Below, one piece after another: positions 8,776-16,824 of a stretch of 30,113 bases of DNA (position 1 is its first letter; each line of letters begins with the position of its first letter). Location: positions 1-30,113 of the IMG/VR virus record IMGVR_UViG_3300002966_000052. One strand, given 5' to 3'. This DNA comes from a virus (Duplodnaviria > Caudoviricetes). The notes under the pieces are model-generated. The model was not told the origin of the DNA. It did not search any database and saw only the letters and a list, made by a program, of their open reading frames with translations. The position numbers and the translations under genes are program-made.

Positions 8776-8804
8776 AAAATTATTTTTATCTCAACGACCT
8801 TTAA

Positions 8805-8827
8805 GACCCCGCCAAAAAGACGGGGTC
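8805..8827 (-). promoter_or_regulatory. Stem-loop after the tail tube gene
   Basis: GACCCCGUC-UUUUU-GGCGGGGUC, 9 bp; no long U-tract. Confidence 0.65.
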
Positions 8828-8831
8828 GTTT

Positions 8832-9830
8832 TTATGCTGGTACATAACCAGTTTGGGTATTAGTCAAAACAACAATAATTCCCTTTGCGTCTGTCTCGCT
8901 ATAATGAGCCTTAAAATTAATTTCTTCTGAAACAATATCGTCCAGCTCTCTCTTTTGGTCATACTTTTCAAAAGAAATTTTTGGTAAATCAATCCTTAGT
9001 TTTGGATGCTGATCAGACCCAATTGTTATATCGCTTCTTGTCATCTCTATTCTCATTGCTTTATAACTTCCGCCCTTAAAAACATCATAATTTGTTTTGG
9101 AAGTATAGTTTCCACTTAACTTTCCCTCAATTTTCATTCTTAATGCCAAAATATCAGCAGGATTTAAACTACCAATTACCTCATCTTCTTTTGCGGTATT
9201 TTCAATTGACAAATTGAGTTCTTTAAGATTAATTGGATTTGCCGTATCAAGCCCAGAAAGACTTGAAGCAATTTTTACCACACAGTCTTGCTGTCTAAAA
9301 TATCTATCAGAGCTTGAAAAACTTGGAGAAAGCTGACTAATCTCGCTTTCACTTTTTGCAATAAAAGATGATTTTGCCACAACCAAATCGTCTGGCTTAA
9401 TATTAATTTCTAATTTTCCAACCAAAGCATTTGGATAAGCATATGCCTGAATTGATTTTTGCAACGAAAGCGTTAATGTCGGATTTTGAACATTGTTAGA
9501 CAAAACACTAAAAGTGTGATCATAAACTGTTTGATTTGGACTTGCTTTTGCTGCAGAGCTAACAGAGCCAAGCAAGCTTAATAATAAATAACCAATTGAT
9601 TCATACCTTAAATTAAACTCTAAATCGCCCTCTGCTTTTTGCTGAACTATCTCTGAACCATAGCTTTCAAACTTTGTTGCTTTTGTTTCTTCAACCAACT
9701 TTTTATCAATCGTAGAAATTATGCCAGATGGTGTTCTTGATGGAATGTAAACCTGTGGGGTAACAGCTGTTCCTCTTGTTGCTTCAATTCCAACACCTAA
9801 AATTATTGAATCTCCTATTTCAAGTGGCAT
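8832..9830 (-). CDS. Major tail (tube) protein
   Basis: GVGIEATRGTAV, GDLEF, IGYLL..LLG, YDHTFS, LSIEN, LRIDLP motifs; position. Confidence 0.88.
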   Translation of the reverse strand: MPLEIGDSIILGVGIEATRGTAVTPQVYIPSRTPSGIISTIDKKLVEETKATKFESYGSEIVQQKAEGDLEFNLRYESIGYLLLSLLGSVSSAAKASPNQTVYDHTFSVLSNNVQNPTLTLSLQKSIQAYAYPNALVGKLEINIKPDDLVVAKSSFIAKSESEISQLSPSFSSSDRYFRQQDCVVKIASSLSGLDTANPINLKELNLSIENTAKEDEVIGSLNPADILALRMKIEGKLSGNYTSKTNYDVFKGGSYKAMRIEMTRSDITIGSDQHPKLRIDLPKISFEKYDQKRELDDIVSEEINFKAHYSETDAKGIIVVLTNTQTGYVPA

Positions 9831-9991
9831 AGTTTTTTAGCTTCATCAAGGCTTTTTGCCTTAACGGTTTTATTTAAAAGAGGGAAGAAAAATTCTTTTA
9901 ATTTTTCCTCCTCGACCTTTGTTTTTGTTTCGACTTTTAATTCTTTGTCTTCAAACTTATTTATTGCCTTATTTTTAAATTTTCTTTGCAT
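9815..9991 (-). CDS. Small hypothetical protein, 58 aa (not in ORF track)
   Basis: MQRKFKNKAINKFEDKELKVETK...EFFFPLLNKTVKAKSLDEAKKLCHLK; fills the gap, preceded by AAAGGTCA at 10020-10027. Confidence 0.65.
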   Translation of the reverse strand: MQRKFKNKAINKFEDKELKVETKTKVEEEKLKEFFFPLLNKTVKAKSLDEAKKLCHLK

Positions 9992-9996
9992 GTATT

Positions 9997-10422
9997 TTAT
10001 ATTATTTCAAAGGGTTTTCTGACCTTTATTTCTAAATTTAAAACCCTCATATTCAATTCTCTGTCAACCCAACTATTTCCAGCAACCACCCATACTCCAA
10101 TAATATCAGCAACCGATGACAAATGCCTATCTTTATCAAATGTATCAATAATTGAATCAGTAATAGAATCCAAAATTTCCTCGCCAGTTTCTGCCCCTCT
10201 TCCTTCTTTTTCAATCTCTTGATAAATTTTAATATTAAAAACCCAGTCTCTTATGTTGGTAGCGGTATCACTCCATTCATTTGTTTCAATTTTAAATCCG
10301 CTTATTACAGCACTTGGATATCCTTCTAATTCTCCTTTTTCCCACGCATAAACATTTTTAATCTCTGATATTGATTGAAGTTTGCTTATAATTGCCGATT
10401 TTATGTTTAAATAATCACTCAT
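9997..10422 (-). CDS. Tail terminator / completion protein
   Basis: Size, position before the tube, IKSAIISKL and GYPSAVI motifs. Confidence 0.7.
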   Translation of the reverse strand: MSDYLNIKSAIISKLQSISEIKNVYAWEKGELEGYPSAVISGFKIETNEWSDTATNIRDWVFNIKIYQEIEKEGRGAETGEEILDSITDSIIDTFDKDRHLSSVADIIGVWVVAGNSWVDRELNMRVLNLEIKVRKPFEII

Positions 10423-10871
10423 AATTTTTTAATTATTCTGCTTATTGCGTTTGCAAAAATTTCCTCTACCCTTCTTTTTGCATCATTAACCGCCCTTCTA
10501 AAAAATGGATTTCCTTTGTATCTTGGAATATTGGCTCTTTTTGCATAAACTATTTTCCCGCTTTTTGTTTTAAATCTTAATGCCCCTGCTCTTACTGGAT
10601 AAATTGTATGTGCTCGGTATCCTTCGTGAACAGGAATTGCATAGTTTTGATTGGTATAAACGCTAACCTGAATTGGCTTATAACTCATACTTATGCTTCT
10701 TCTTAACGCCCCTGTCTTTATTGGACTTTCTTTTTTAGAGGCGGACATCAAAACTGCCCCGGCGTCTTTTGTCGCTTTTTCAAGCTCTGGACCAACAACC
10801 CGTGGTGCCTGCTCAAATTTTTTTCTTAACTCATTCAGTCCCTTAACTTGTAAATGAATGGATACTGCCAT
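10419..10871 (-). CDS. HK97 gp10-like tail component
   Basis: VKGLNEL, SPIKTGALRRSI, YAIPVHEG, GNPFFRRA. Confidence 0.85.
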   Translation of the reverse strand: MAVSIHLQVKGLNELRKKFEQAPRVVGPELEKATKDAGAVLMSASKKESPIKTGALRRSISMSYKPIQVSVYTNQNYAIPVHEGYRAHTIYPVRAGALRFKTKSGKIVYAKRANIPRYKGNPFFRRAVNDAKRRVEEIFANAISRIIKKL

Positions 10872-10872
10872 A

Positions 10873-11181
10873 TTAACTCTCAAGTTCTTCTATTATTACT
10901 TCCTTGACCTTTATACCCCACAAATTAAATGTTCTTATGCCCGCTACAATATAATTAATTGAATTGTATGATACTTTATCTGTTTCTTTTATATCTGAAT
11001 CGTGGTATGTATATAAAATATAAGTTTTTGACGGATTTCCTTCACTTAACATAACCGATTCTGCATCAATTGGTAAAATAATCCCGTATATTGTTCCATT
11101 TGGTTTATATTCTTCTTTATTTGTTCCAACTACTGTACCCAATCTGCTAACAGATATTGCATTTTTAAAAAGCGATTTCAT
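10873..11181 (-). CDS. Head closure (stopper) protein
   Basis: 102 aa beta-rich, DIKETDKV...Y.V, directly after the adaptor. Confidence 0.7.
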   Translation of the reverse strand: MKSLFKNAISVSRLGTVVGTNKEEYKPNGTIYGIILPIDAESVMLSEGNPSKTYILYTYHDSDIKETDKVSYNSINYIVAGIRTFNLWGIKVKEVIIEELES

Positions 11182-11185
11182 GTTT

Positions 11186-11755
11186 TTATATTGATACTTT
11201 TTTATAGCGTTCTAAAATCAATCTATCTTCATCATCAATAAATTTTCCCCAGGTAATATTAGCCGGTCCAAGCCCCTCTGATGCATGTCCCTCTGATTGT
11301 CTTTTTTCATATAATCTTCCAACCAATCTTTGGCACAATCCCTCTAAATCATAAGGAATTATAGTGTATCCAGCCTCGTATGTTATTTTATAATTTCTTT
11401 TTCCTTTAACCTGATTATAAAAATAAATCTTTCCTTCGTTTAAATATTTTTCATAATCTTCGCCCTCGTCTAATCTTGTCCAGTTTGGATTGTCTGTTGT
11501 CCCGTCATTTTGTTCTATTTTTGTTATCTCTATTACTGGATACTGATTTAAATAAAGAACCCTATCAAAACTATCACCATCATAAATTTCCTCATGAGTT
11601 GTCTTTAAAAATCTTCTTTGGCAATATTCCTCAATAAAATCAGTTGCAAAGTTAATCAACCTCTCTAAAAGAGTATCGTCTGTTGAAACGCTAATTCCAA
11701 GATAAGTTTTAACTTTTTCTACCGTTGTTAATGCATAACTTACTAATTCTGACAT
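11186..11755 (-). CDS. Head-tail adaptor (HK97 gp6 / SPP1 gp15-like)
   Basis: LTTVEKVKTYLGI, DDTLLERLI..A..FIEEYCQRRF, YEAGY..IPYDL. Confidence 0.88.
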   Translation of the reverse strand: MSELVSYALTTVEKVKTYLGISVSTDDTLLERLINFATDFIEEYCQRRFLKTTHEEIYDGDSFDRVLYLNQYPVIEITKIEQNDGTTDNPNWTRLDEGEDYEKYLNEGKIYFYNQVKGKRNYKITYEAGYTIIPYDLEGLCQRLVGRLYEKRQSEGHASEGLGPANITWGKFIDDEDRLILERYKKVSI

Positions 11756-12708
11756 AAAATTTTAATATATTGTTTTTTAAGTTTTTGCCACGACCAATTT
11801 TCTGCTATTATGTTTGATATATTTGAATATTTTGAAATATCTTTGTTTGCGATGTCATCTATTGCTCTGGCAAACAGTTTTGGCTCAACATCATATACCT
11901 CAATTGGTTTTCTTATTGTTTGAATTGTTTTTGATGTTGGCTTAACTAATAATCTATTTGGTAAAAATAAGTTTTGTGGCTTAACATCTAATGATAATAT
12001 TGCCATTCCCGATGCCATTGCTTCATTAAGAATTAAAGATAATCCGCCATACCTTCTTGGAAACAATAATACATCTCCATCGTTATATGCTTCCCAATAA
12101 TTGTCTTTGTCCTCAATAATATATTCAACCCTCGGGTCATTTATTTTGGGTATTTCCTCTTGGCTTTTGATTATAAATTTAACATCGTTTTTAACTAATG
12201 GAATTGCTTTTCTTATTATCTCAAATCCGTTTCTGTCATATCCACCATAAGAATTGCCATAATTATAAAAAAACTTTTTTGCCACTCTTCTTCTTTTAAA
12301 TGGAATAACATCTCTATTGATTGGAACTGGTAAATATATTTTGGGCGATGGTATATCTTCAAAATGCCATAAACTTGGTGCAAGGTATATGTCTGCTTCG
12401 TCATCAAGCCACTCATAATTTAATTGTAAAAATGTCTTAACCCCTTTCTGTCTTGCTATTTTGGGAAGCCATTTATAATACCAAGTTTCAAAAGATACAA
12501 TACAATCAACCCCATCTAAAAGCCAATCTATATTTTTTTCTATATCTTGTAAGGTGCAAAATTTAGCATCTGGAAATCTTTCTCTATATGTTTTCTTCTC
12601 GTTTATCTCAACTATCAAAGTTTTTTGGGGGTTAATATGTCTATAAAATTCCCAAGATTGAATTCCAAGTCCCCTATTATTATCTCTACCTAACATTGCT
12701 ATTCTCAT
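11743..12708 (-). CDS. Glycosyltransferase, GT-B fold (GT4-like)
   Basis: GLGIQ N-terminal loop; DVLLFPRRYGGLSLILNEAMASGMAIL signature; NWSW C-terminus. Confidence 0.85.
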   Translation of the reverse strand: MRIAMLGRDNNRGLGIQSWEFYRHINPQKTLIVEINEKKTYRERFPDAKFCTLQDIEKNIDWLLDGVDCIVSFETWYYKWLPKIARQKGVKTFLQLNYEWLDDEADIYLAPSLWHFEDIPSPKIYLPVPINRDVIPFKRRRVAKKFFYNYGNSYGGYDRNGFEIIRKAIPLVKNDVKFIIKSQEEIPKINDPRVEYIIEDKDNYWEAYNDGDVLLFPRRYGGLSLILNEAMASGMAILSLDVKPQNLFLPNRLLVKPTSKTIQTIRKPIEVYDVEPKLFARAIDDIANKDISKYSNISNIIAENWSWQKLKKQYIKILCQN

Positions 12709-13162
12709 ATTTTTGAAGCCAAAATTCTAATCCTTTATTTTTCTTTTTTCTTTTAATAACAATAAATCTTGCCTTGGTAATATATCCAAAATTTTGACAA
12801 TATTCTTTATATGGGTCAAATATATCAAACGTTTCAAGCGTAAATAATCTTTTATGGGTTATATCCCTCCAACCAATTTCTGGGTGGTCTGCATCTGGAA
12901 CCCTTATAAAAACCTTGCCATTATCTTTTAACACCCTCCACACTTCCTCCATTACCCTTAATGGCTCATTTAGGTGCTCAAGAACATCCCTTAAAATAAC
13001 CAAATCAAATTCCTTATCATTAAATGGATAAGGAAACTGATTTAAATCCCAAATAATATCAACCTTTTCTGTCTTAACTATGTCAACCCCTACAATCTCT
13101 CCTTTTGCCAGTGGCTCTTCCCATCTGCCAATTCCCAATACTAATGTTTTAAATTGCTCCAT
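12686..13162 (-). CDS. Class I SAM-dependent methyltransferase (type 11-like)
   Basis: LVLGIG, VGVDI, WDLNQFPYPF, DVLEHL, EVWRVLKDNG, DITHKR. Confidence 0.88.
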   Translation of the reverse strand: MEQFKTLVLGIGRWEEPLAKGEIVGVDIVKTEKVDIIWDLNQFPYPFNDKEFDLVILRDVLEHLNEPLRVMEEVWRVLKDNGKVFIRVPDADHPEIGWRDITHKRLFTLETFDIFDPYKEYCQNFGYITKARFIVIKRKKKNKGLEFWLQKYENSNVR

Positions 13163-14099
13163 CTTTTTTTAAAATATTTAACATCTGTAAAACTTTATGG
13201 CGATAAGTATGGTTTTTTTTAACCCATTGATGTCCCGCAATTCTTATTTTTTCTCTTTCTTCATCGTGCTTAAGATAATAATCAATTATCATTTTCAATG
13301 TTTTAAAGTCTCCATACCAATACGGAACGAAGTGCTCATAATATCTATATTGCTTTTCAAGCCCCTCAACCTTGGGGTGGATTAAAAATCCTCCCCTTCC
13401 AAGCGTTTCTGGAATTCTATCAGACCAATAATATGGCGAATACAAACTATCTCCAACAGCAATTTTAGCACTTGCATAAAGATTATTTAAGTCGTCTCCC
13501 CTAATACAGTCTGCATCTCCCCATAATCTAAATCTGTCTTGATAAGTTTCTCTTAAAAAATCAATTAATACTCTTCTATATCCCCATTCTGCGTGGTATC
13601 TATAACTTCCAACAAAAACCACATCTTTTTCAAATGCTTGTTTCTTTGTTCCCAAATAACACTCCTTGTCATATACTCCTGGTGATAACCAATAATGATT
13701 TATTCCTTTTTCCTTAAATTCTTTTGAGTGTCCACCATCTGCTGTAAAAACATAATCTGATTGAAAAAATGTATCGTTTTCTATTCCTACTCCTCGTGAT
13801 ATTCCAAAATATAAATCCAAGGTAAATGAAACCGTTGGAATTTTAATGTGCCGCAAAATTTCTCCATATAACAGTCCTGTTCTCGCCCAGGTTCTGGTAT
13901 ATAACAAAAATTTACACCCACCAGTTTTCTCAAGCACCTCCTCTGGTCTTCTTATTTCATCTTCCTGAACGGGAATGACCTCCCAGCCAAGTCCCTCAAA
14001 TGTTTTTTTAATGTGGTTCTCGGTTGAGTGGGGTGGTCTGAAGTTTCCAATATAAACTATCCTATTTTGTGAACCTTTTTTAAATGACTTTTTACCCAT
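13149..14099 (-). CDS. Glycosyltransferase, GT-B fold (CgeB-like)
   Basis: DVVFVGS, LNNLYASAKI, YWSDRIPETLGRGGFLI, EREKIRIAG...HTY. Confidence 0.87.
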   Translation of the reverse strand: MGKKSFKKGSQNRIVYIGNFRPPHSTENHIKKTFEGLGWEVIPVQEDEIRRPEEVLEKTGGCKFLLYTRTWARTGLLYGEILRHIKIPTVSFTLDLYFGISRGVGIENDTFFQSDYVFTADGGHSKEFKEKGINHYWLSPGVYDKECYLGTKKQAFEKDVVFVGSYRYHAEWGYRRVLIDFLRETYQDRFRLWGDADCIRGDDLNNLYASAKIAVGDSLYSPYYWSDRIPETLGRGGFLIHPKVEGLEKQYRYYEHFVPYWYGDFKTLKMIIDYYLKHDEEREKIRIAGHQWVKKNHTYRHKVLQMLNILKKDGAI

Positions 14100-14365
14100 C
14101 TTTTTGCCTTATACTTTTTACCACAAATTGGACAAATTAAATCCTCTCCTTTTGGCTTCTTTGGCAGTGGTTTTTGTGAAATATTTGCACTATAATCAGC
14201 CATCGTTCTGGTTATTCCCTCAAGTGGAAAAAACTCTTTTTCTTCAAACTTTTCAACCCTTTTTTGTCTTGATAACCGATTATATTCTTCGATTGTAATC
14301 CAACAAACATCTCCAGCCTTATATGGCGTATGGGGTTCTAAAAACCTGACTAAAATTTTTATCAT
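14057..14365 (-). CDS. Small post-capsid protein with C-terminal C2H2 zinc finger
   Basis: VRFL...YKAGDV N-terminal module; CPICGKKYKAKRWVKSHLKKVH. Confidence 0.75.
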   Translation of the reverse strand: MIKILVRFLEPHTPYKAGDVCWITIEEYNRLSRQKRVEKFEEKEFFPLEGITRTMADYSANISQKPLPKKPKGEDLICPICGKKYKAKRWVKSHLKKVHKIG

Positions 14366-14379
14366 ATTGGATACTTATT

Positions 14380-14414
14380 ACTGTTGCTGGACCATTAAAG
14401 ATCACAGCAACAGT
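14380..14414 (-). promoter_or_regulatory. Stem-loop after the major capsid gene
   Basis: 10-bp inverted repeat actgttgctg/cagcaacagt; no U-tract, so a stabiliser or leaky terminator. Confidence 0.6.
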
Positions 14415-14428
14415 CTATAAGAACCCAA

Positions 14429-15475
14429 TTATTTAACGCCGGTTAATACCTTGAAAGCGTCTGACAAAACTACACAACCATCAACTGCTTCGTGAAATAC
14501 TATTCTTGATTGCATATAATCAATTATCTTATCCCTTTCTGCAATCATTTCAACACCATCTTTAATCCAGTAATAAGAAAGGTCTGCAAACCAAATCTCT
14601 GTTTCGTTTCCAGAGGTTCCAAGATTTGAAGGAATATCCTCTGTTTCGATTAATGGTTTGCCGAATACTGTATTGTCTGTAACATTGAAAATTGGCATTC
14701 CGTTTTCATCTTTAATTCTCTTAATTAATTTCACTCCAGCAGTTGATGTGATAAATACGGCTCCCTGCCTATATTGTTCTTTTAACTCATAATACAAATT
14801 AACTAAATCATCATAAGCAAGGGTGTCCCCCTCCAAATAAACCGTGCCAACTGATTCTTGTCTAAATCCTCTTGGCTTTGAACTTCCGTCTCCAGCGACA
14901 AAATCAGTTTCTTCAAGGTTGGCAAGTGCTCTTCCACAAAGATTTGAAACAAATGCCTCAACGTTTATTGCAGATGTGTCTAAAAGTTTGTAGGGGATTA
15001 ATACCCTTGCGGCCAAATACCAATCATCTAAACTCTTCTTTCCAATAGTTGGATTACTTTCTGTCACCTGGACATTTTCACCAACATGATAAGCAGTAAC
15101 GGCTGTTGATTCAACTGGTAAATCAAACTTTCCCGACATTTTAAATGTAGTTGCTCTTGGTCTTACTTTTGCAATCTTGTCTCTTTTTTCAAGAACCTTA
15201 TTGGCAAGAGAAGTAGGAACCGTATACCCAAAAGACGTAGACTGCGTACTAATTGCCTTTCCCTCAATAAGATCTTTAATAAATTTCTTTGAAACCTCTG
15301 GATCGTTTTCTTCTTTTACTTCTTTCTGGCTCTTTAATTCTTCCTTTATTCTCTTTATTTCTTCCTCAATACTTTTTGTGGTTTCAGCAACGGTTTCTTT
15401 CATTATCCCCTTTAACTCATCAAGCGTCAAAACCTCCTCTTTCTGTTCCATTACTTCACTTTTTTTGTCTTCCAT
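14429..15475 (-). CDS. Major capsid protein, HK97 fold
   Basis: N-terminal coiled-coil delta domain, GYTVP, VGE, GDGSSKPRG, IKDENGMPIF, FGKP, FADLS. Confidence 0.95.
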   Translation of the reverse strand: MEDKKSEVMEQKEEVLTLDELKGIMKETVAETTKSIEEEIKRIKEELKSQKEVKEENDPEVSKKFIKDLIEGKAISTQSTSFGYTVPTSLANKVLEKRDKIAKVRPRATTFKMSGKFDLPVESTAVTAYHVGENVQVTESNPTIGKKSLDDWYLAARVLIPYKLLDTSAINVEAFVSNLCGRALANLEETDFVAGDGSSKPRGFRQESVGTVYLEGDTLAYDDLVNLYYELKEQYRQGAVFITSTAGVKLIKRIKDENGMPIFNVTDNTVFGKPLIETEDIPSNLGTSGNETEIWFADLSYYWIKDGVEMIAERDKIIDYMQSRIVFHEAVDGCVVLSDAFKVLTGVK

Positions 15476-15479
15476 TTTT

Positions 15480-16799
15480 TTATTGTTTTATTATTCTAAG
15501 CAATACTTCACTATCTCTGTGAAGTTGCTTTGCTGTGTGCCTGATCCTTATAAGCTTTTTGTGGCTATAAGGAATTGGCTCGACCTTCTTCTCCCACTCC
15601 TGGGGAGCATTAAGTGTTTTTTCTTGGTCAGTAGGTGGTTCTGTCGCATTATATAATTCTGTTAAAACATCAATTGCTTTTTTAATAATTGCTCTATTTT
15701 TGGCAGATAAAACCCTCCCTTCTTTCTTTCCCGTTTCTTCTTCTTCTATCTCTTTAAATGGTGGAACTTCTTTATCAAATTGTTTATAATGCTTTGCAAG
15801 GTGGTTATAAACTCCTTTTTTGTCGCTTTCTGGAATATTTACTCCGCCCCTTGCTCCAAGCAAAGCCGCCATTGCTGCCCTCACGCCATTCCAAACAACT
15901 TTATAATCTGATGCTCTGTGATGCGGCAACTTATAAGACGACTTAACATCTGGATTTTCGCTATCATACCACGCACACATTATTTTTAAATCTTCAATTT
16001 CAGCATTTGCAACTTCTTCTGGTCCATTCCAGGGAGTATCCTCATCTGCCGTTGGATATTCTTTATAAGGAATTACTCCTTTTTCTCCCGCTGGCTCAAA
16101 TATCCCTCCCTTTTCTTGACAATAATTTTTTGCCTCTTCCTCTGTCCATATTTTTTTATCAAATCTCATTGCCTGTAATTCTGTTTTATTATCTTTTATT
16201 CCGTAAATAAAATCTATACACTTTCCATCGTGTTTTGCTGCACAATTTTTCCTTGAAAATTTTTCATATTTAGATGGATCCTCTAATCTGCAAGAATGTT
16301 CATTTGGGTAGGGCTTCTCTTCTAATGATTTAATTGAAATAAGTTCTGTTTGGTCATTTGCCCCAACCAAAACCGGAGACCACTCATATAAAGTAAGTTT
16401 TTTTAGGTTTCTAACACCATTTTTATCGATCTCGTCTTCTTCTACCTTATACCCAATTGAAAATTCATCAATTACTCCTTCTTTCATTAACTCATATGCC
16501 TCTTTGGCTTGCTGAACGGTTAATATTAATTTGCCGACAATTTTTAACCCCTTTTCATCTTCAACAGCAGAAATAGTGGTTGCAATTGGCTTTTCCCAAT
16601 TATGCATCCAAACTCCCTTTGGAAGCTTTCTTTTTAGACTGTCTTTAAATGCTCCTGGTAAAATTCTTTCATTTTGCGAATCAACATTGTTAAAAATGCT
16701 AACATATGCTTCAATTATACCCCTTTCCTTAACTTTATATTCTGCGTGATAGTTTTTGTATTCAATTCCTTTTGCTTTGGTTTGGTATTCTGTTGGCAT
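15480..16799 (-). CDS. HK97-family prohead protease with two extra domains
   Basis: YVSIFNNVD, GAF, WMHN, FSIGY, EWSPV..GAN; start set at ATG 16799 from the leader motif at 16819-16826. Confidence 0.9.
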   Translation of the reverse strand: MPTEYQTKAKGIEYKNYHAEYKVKERGIIEAYVSIFNNVDSQNERILPGAFKDSLKRKLPKGVWMHNWEKPIATTISAVEDEKGLKIVGKLILTVQQAKEAYELMKEGVIDEFSIGYKVEEDEIDKNGVRNLKKLTLYEWSPVLVGANDQTELISIKSLEEKPYPNEHSCRLEDPSKYEKFSRKNCAAKHDGKCIDFIYGIKDNKTELQAMRFDKKIWTEEEAKNYCQEKGGIFEPAGEKGVIPYKEYPTADEDTPWNGPEEVANAEIEDLKIMCAWYDSENPDVKSSYKLPHHRASDYKVVWNGVRAAMAALLGARGGVNIPESDKKGVYNHLAKHYKQFDKEVPPFKEIEEEETGKKEGRVLSAKNRAIIKKAIDVLTELYNATEPPTDQEKTLNAPQEWEKKVEPIPYSHKKLIRIRHTAKQLHRDSEVLLRIIKQ

Positions 16800-16824
16800 A
16801 TTTTTAATTATTTTTTTGTGACCT

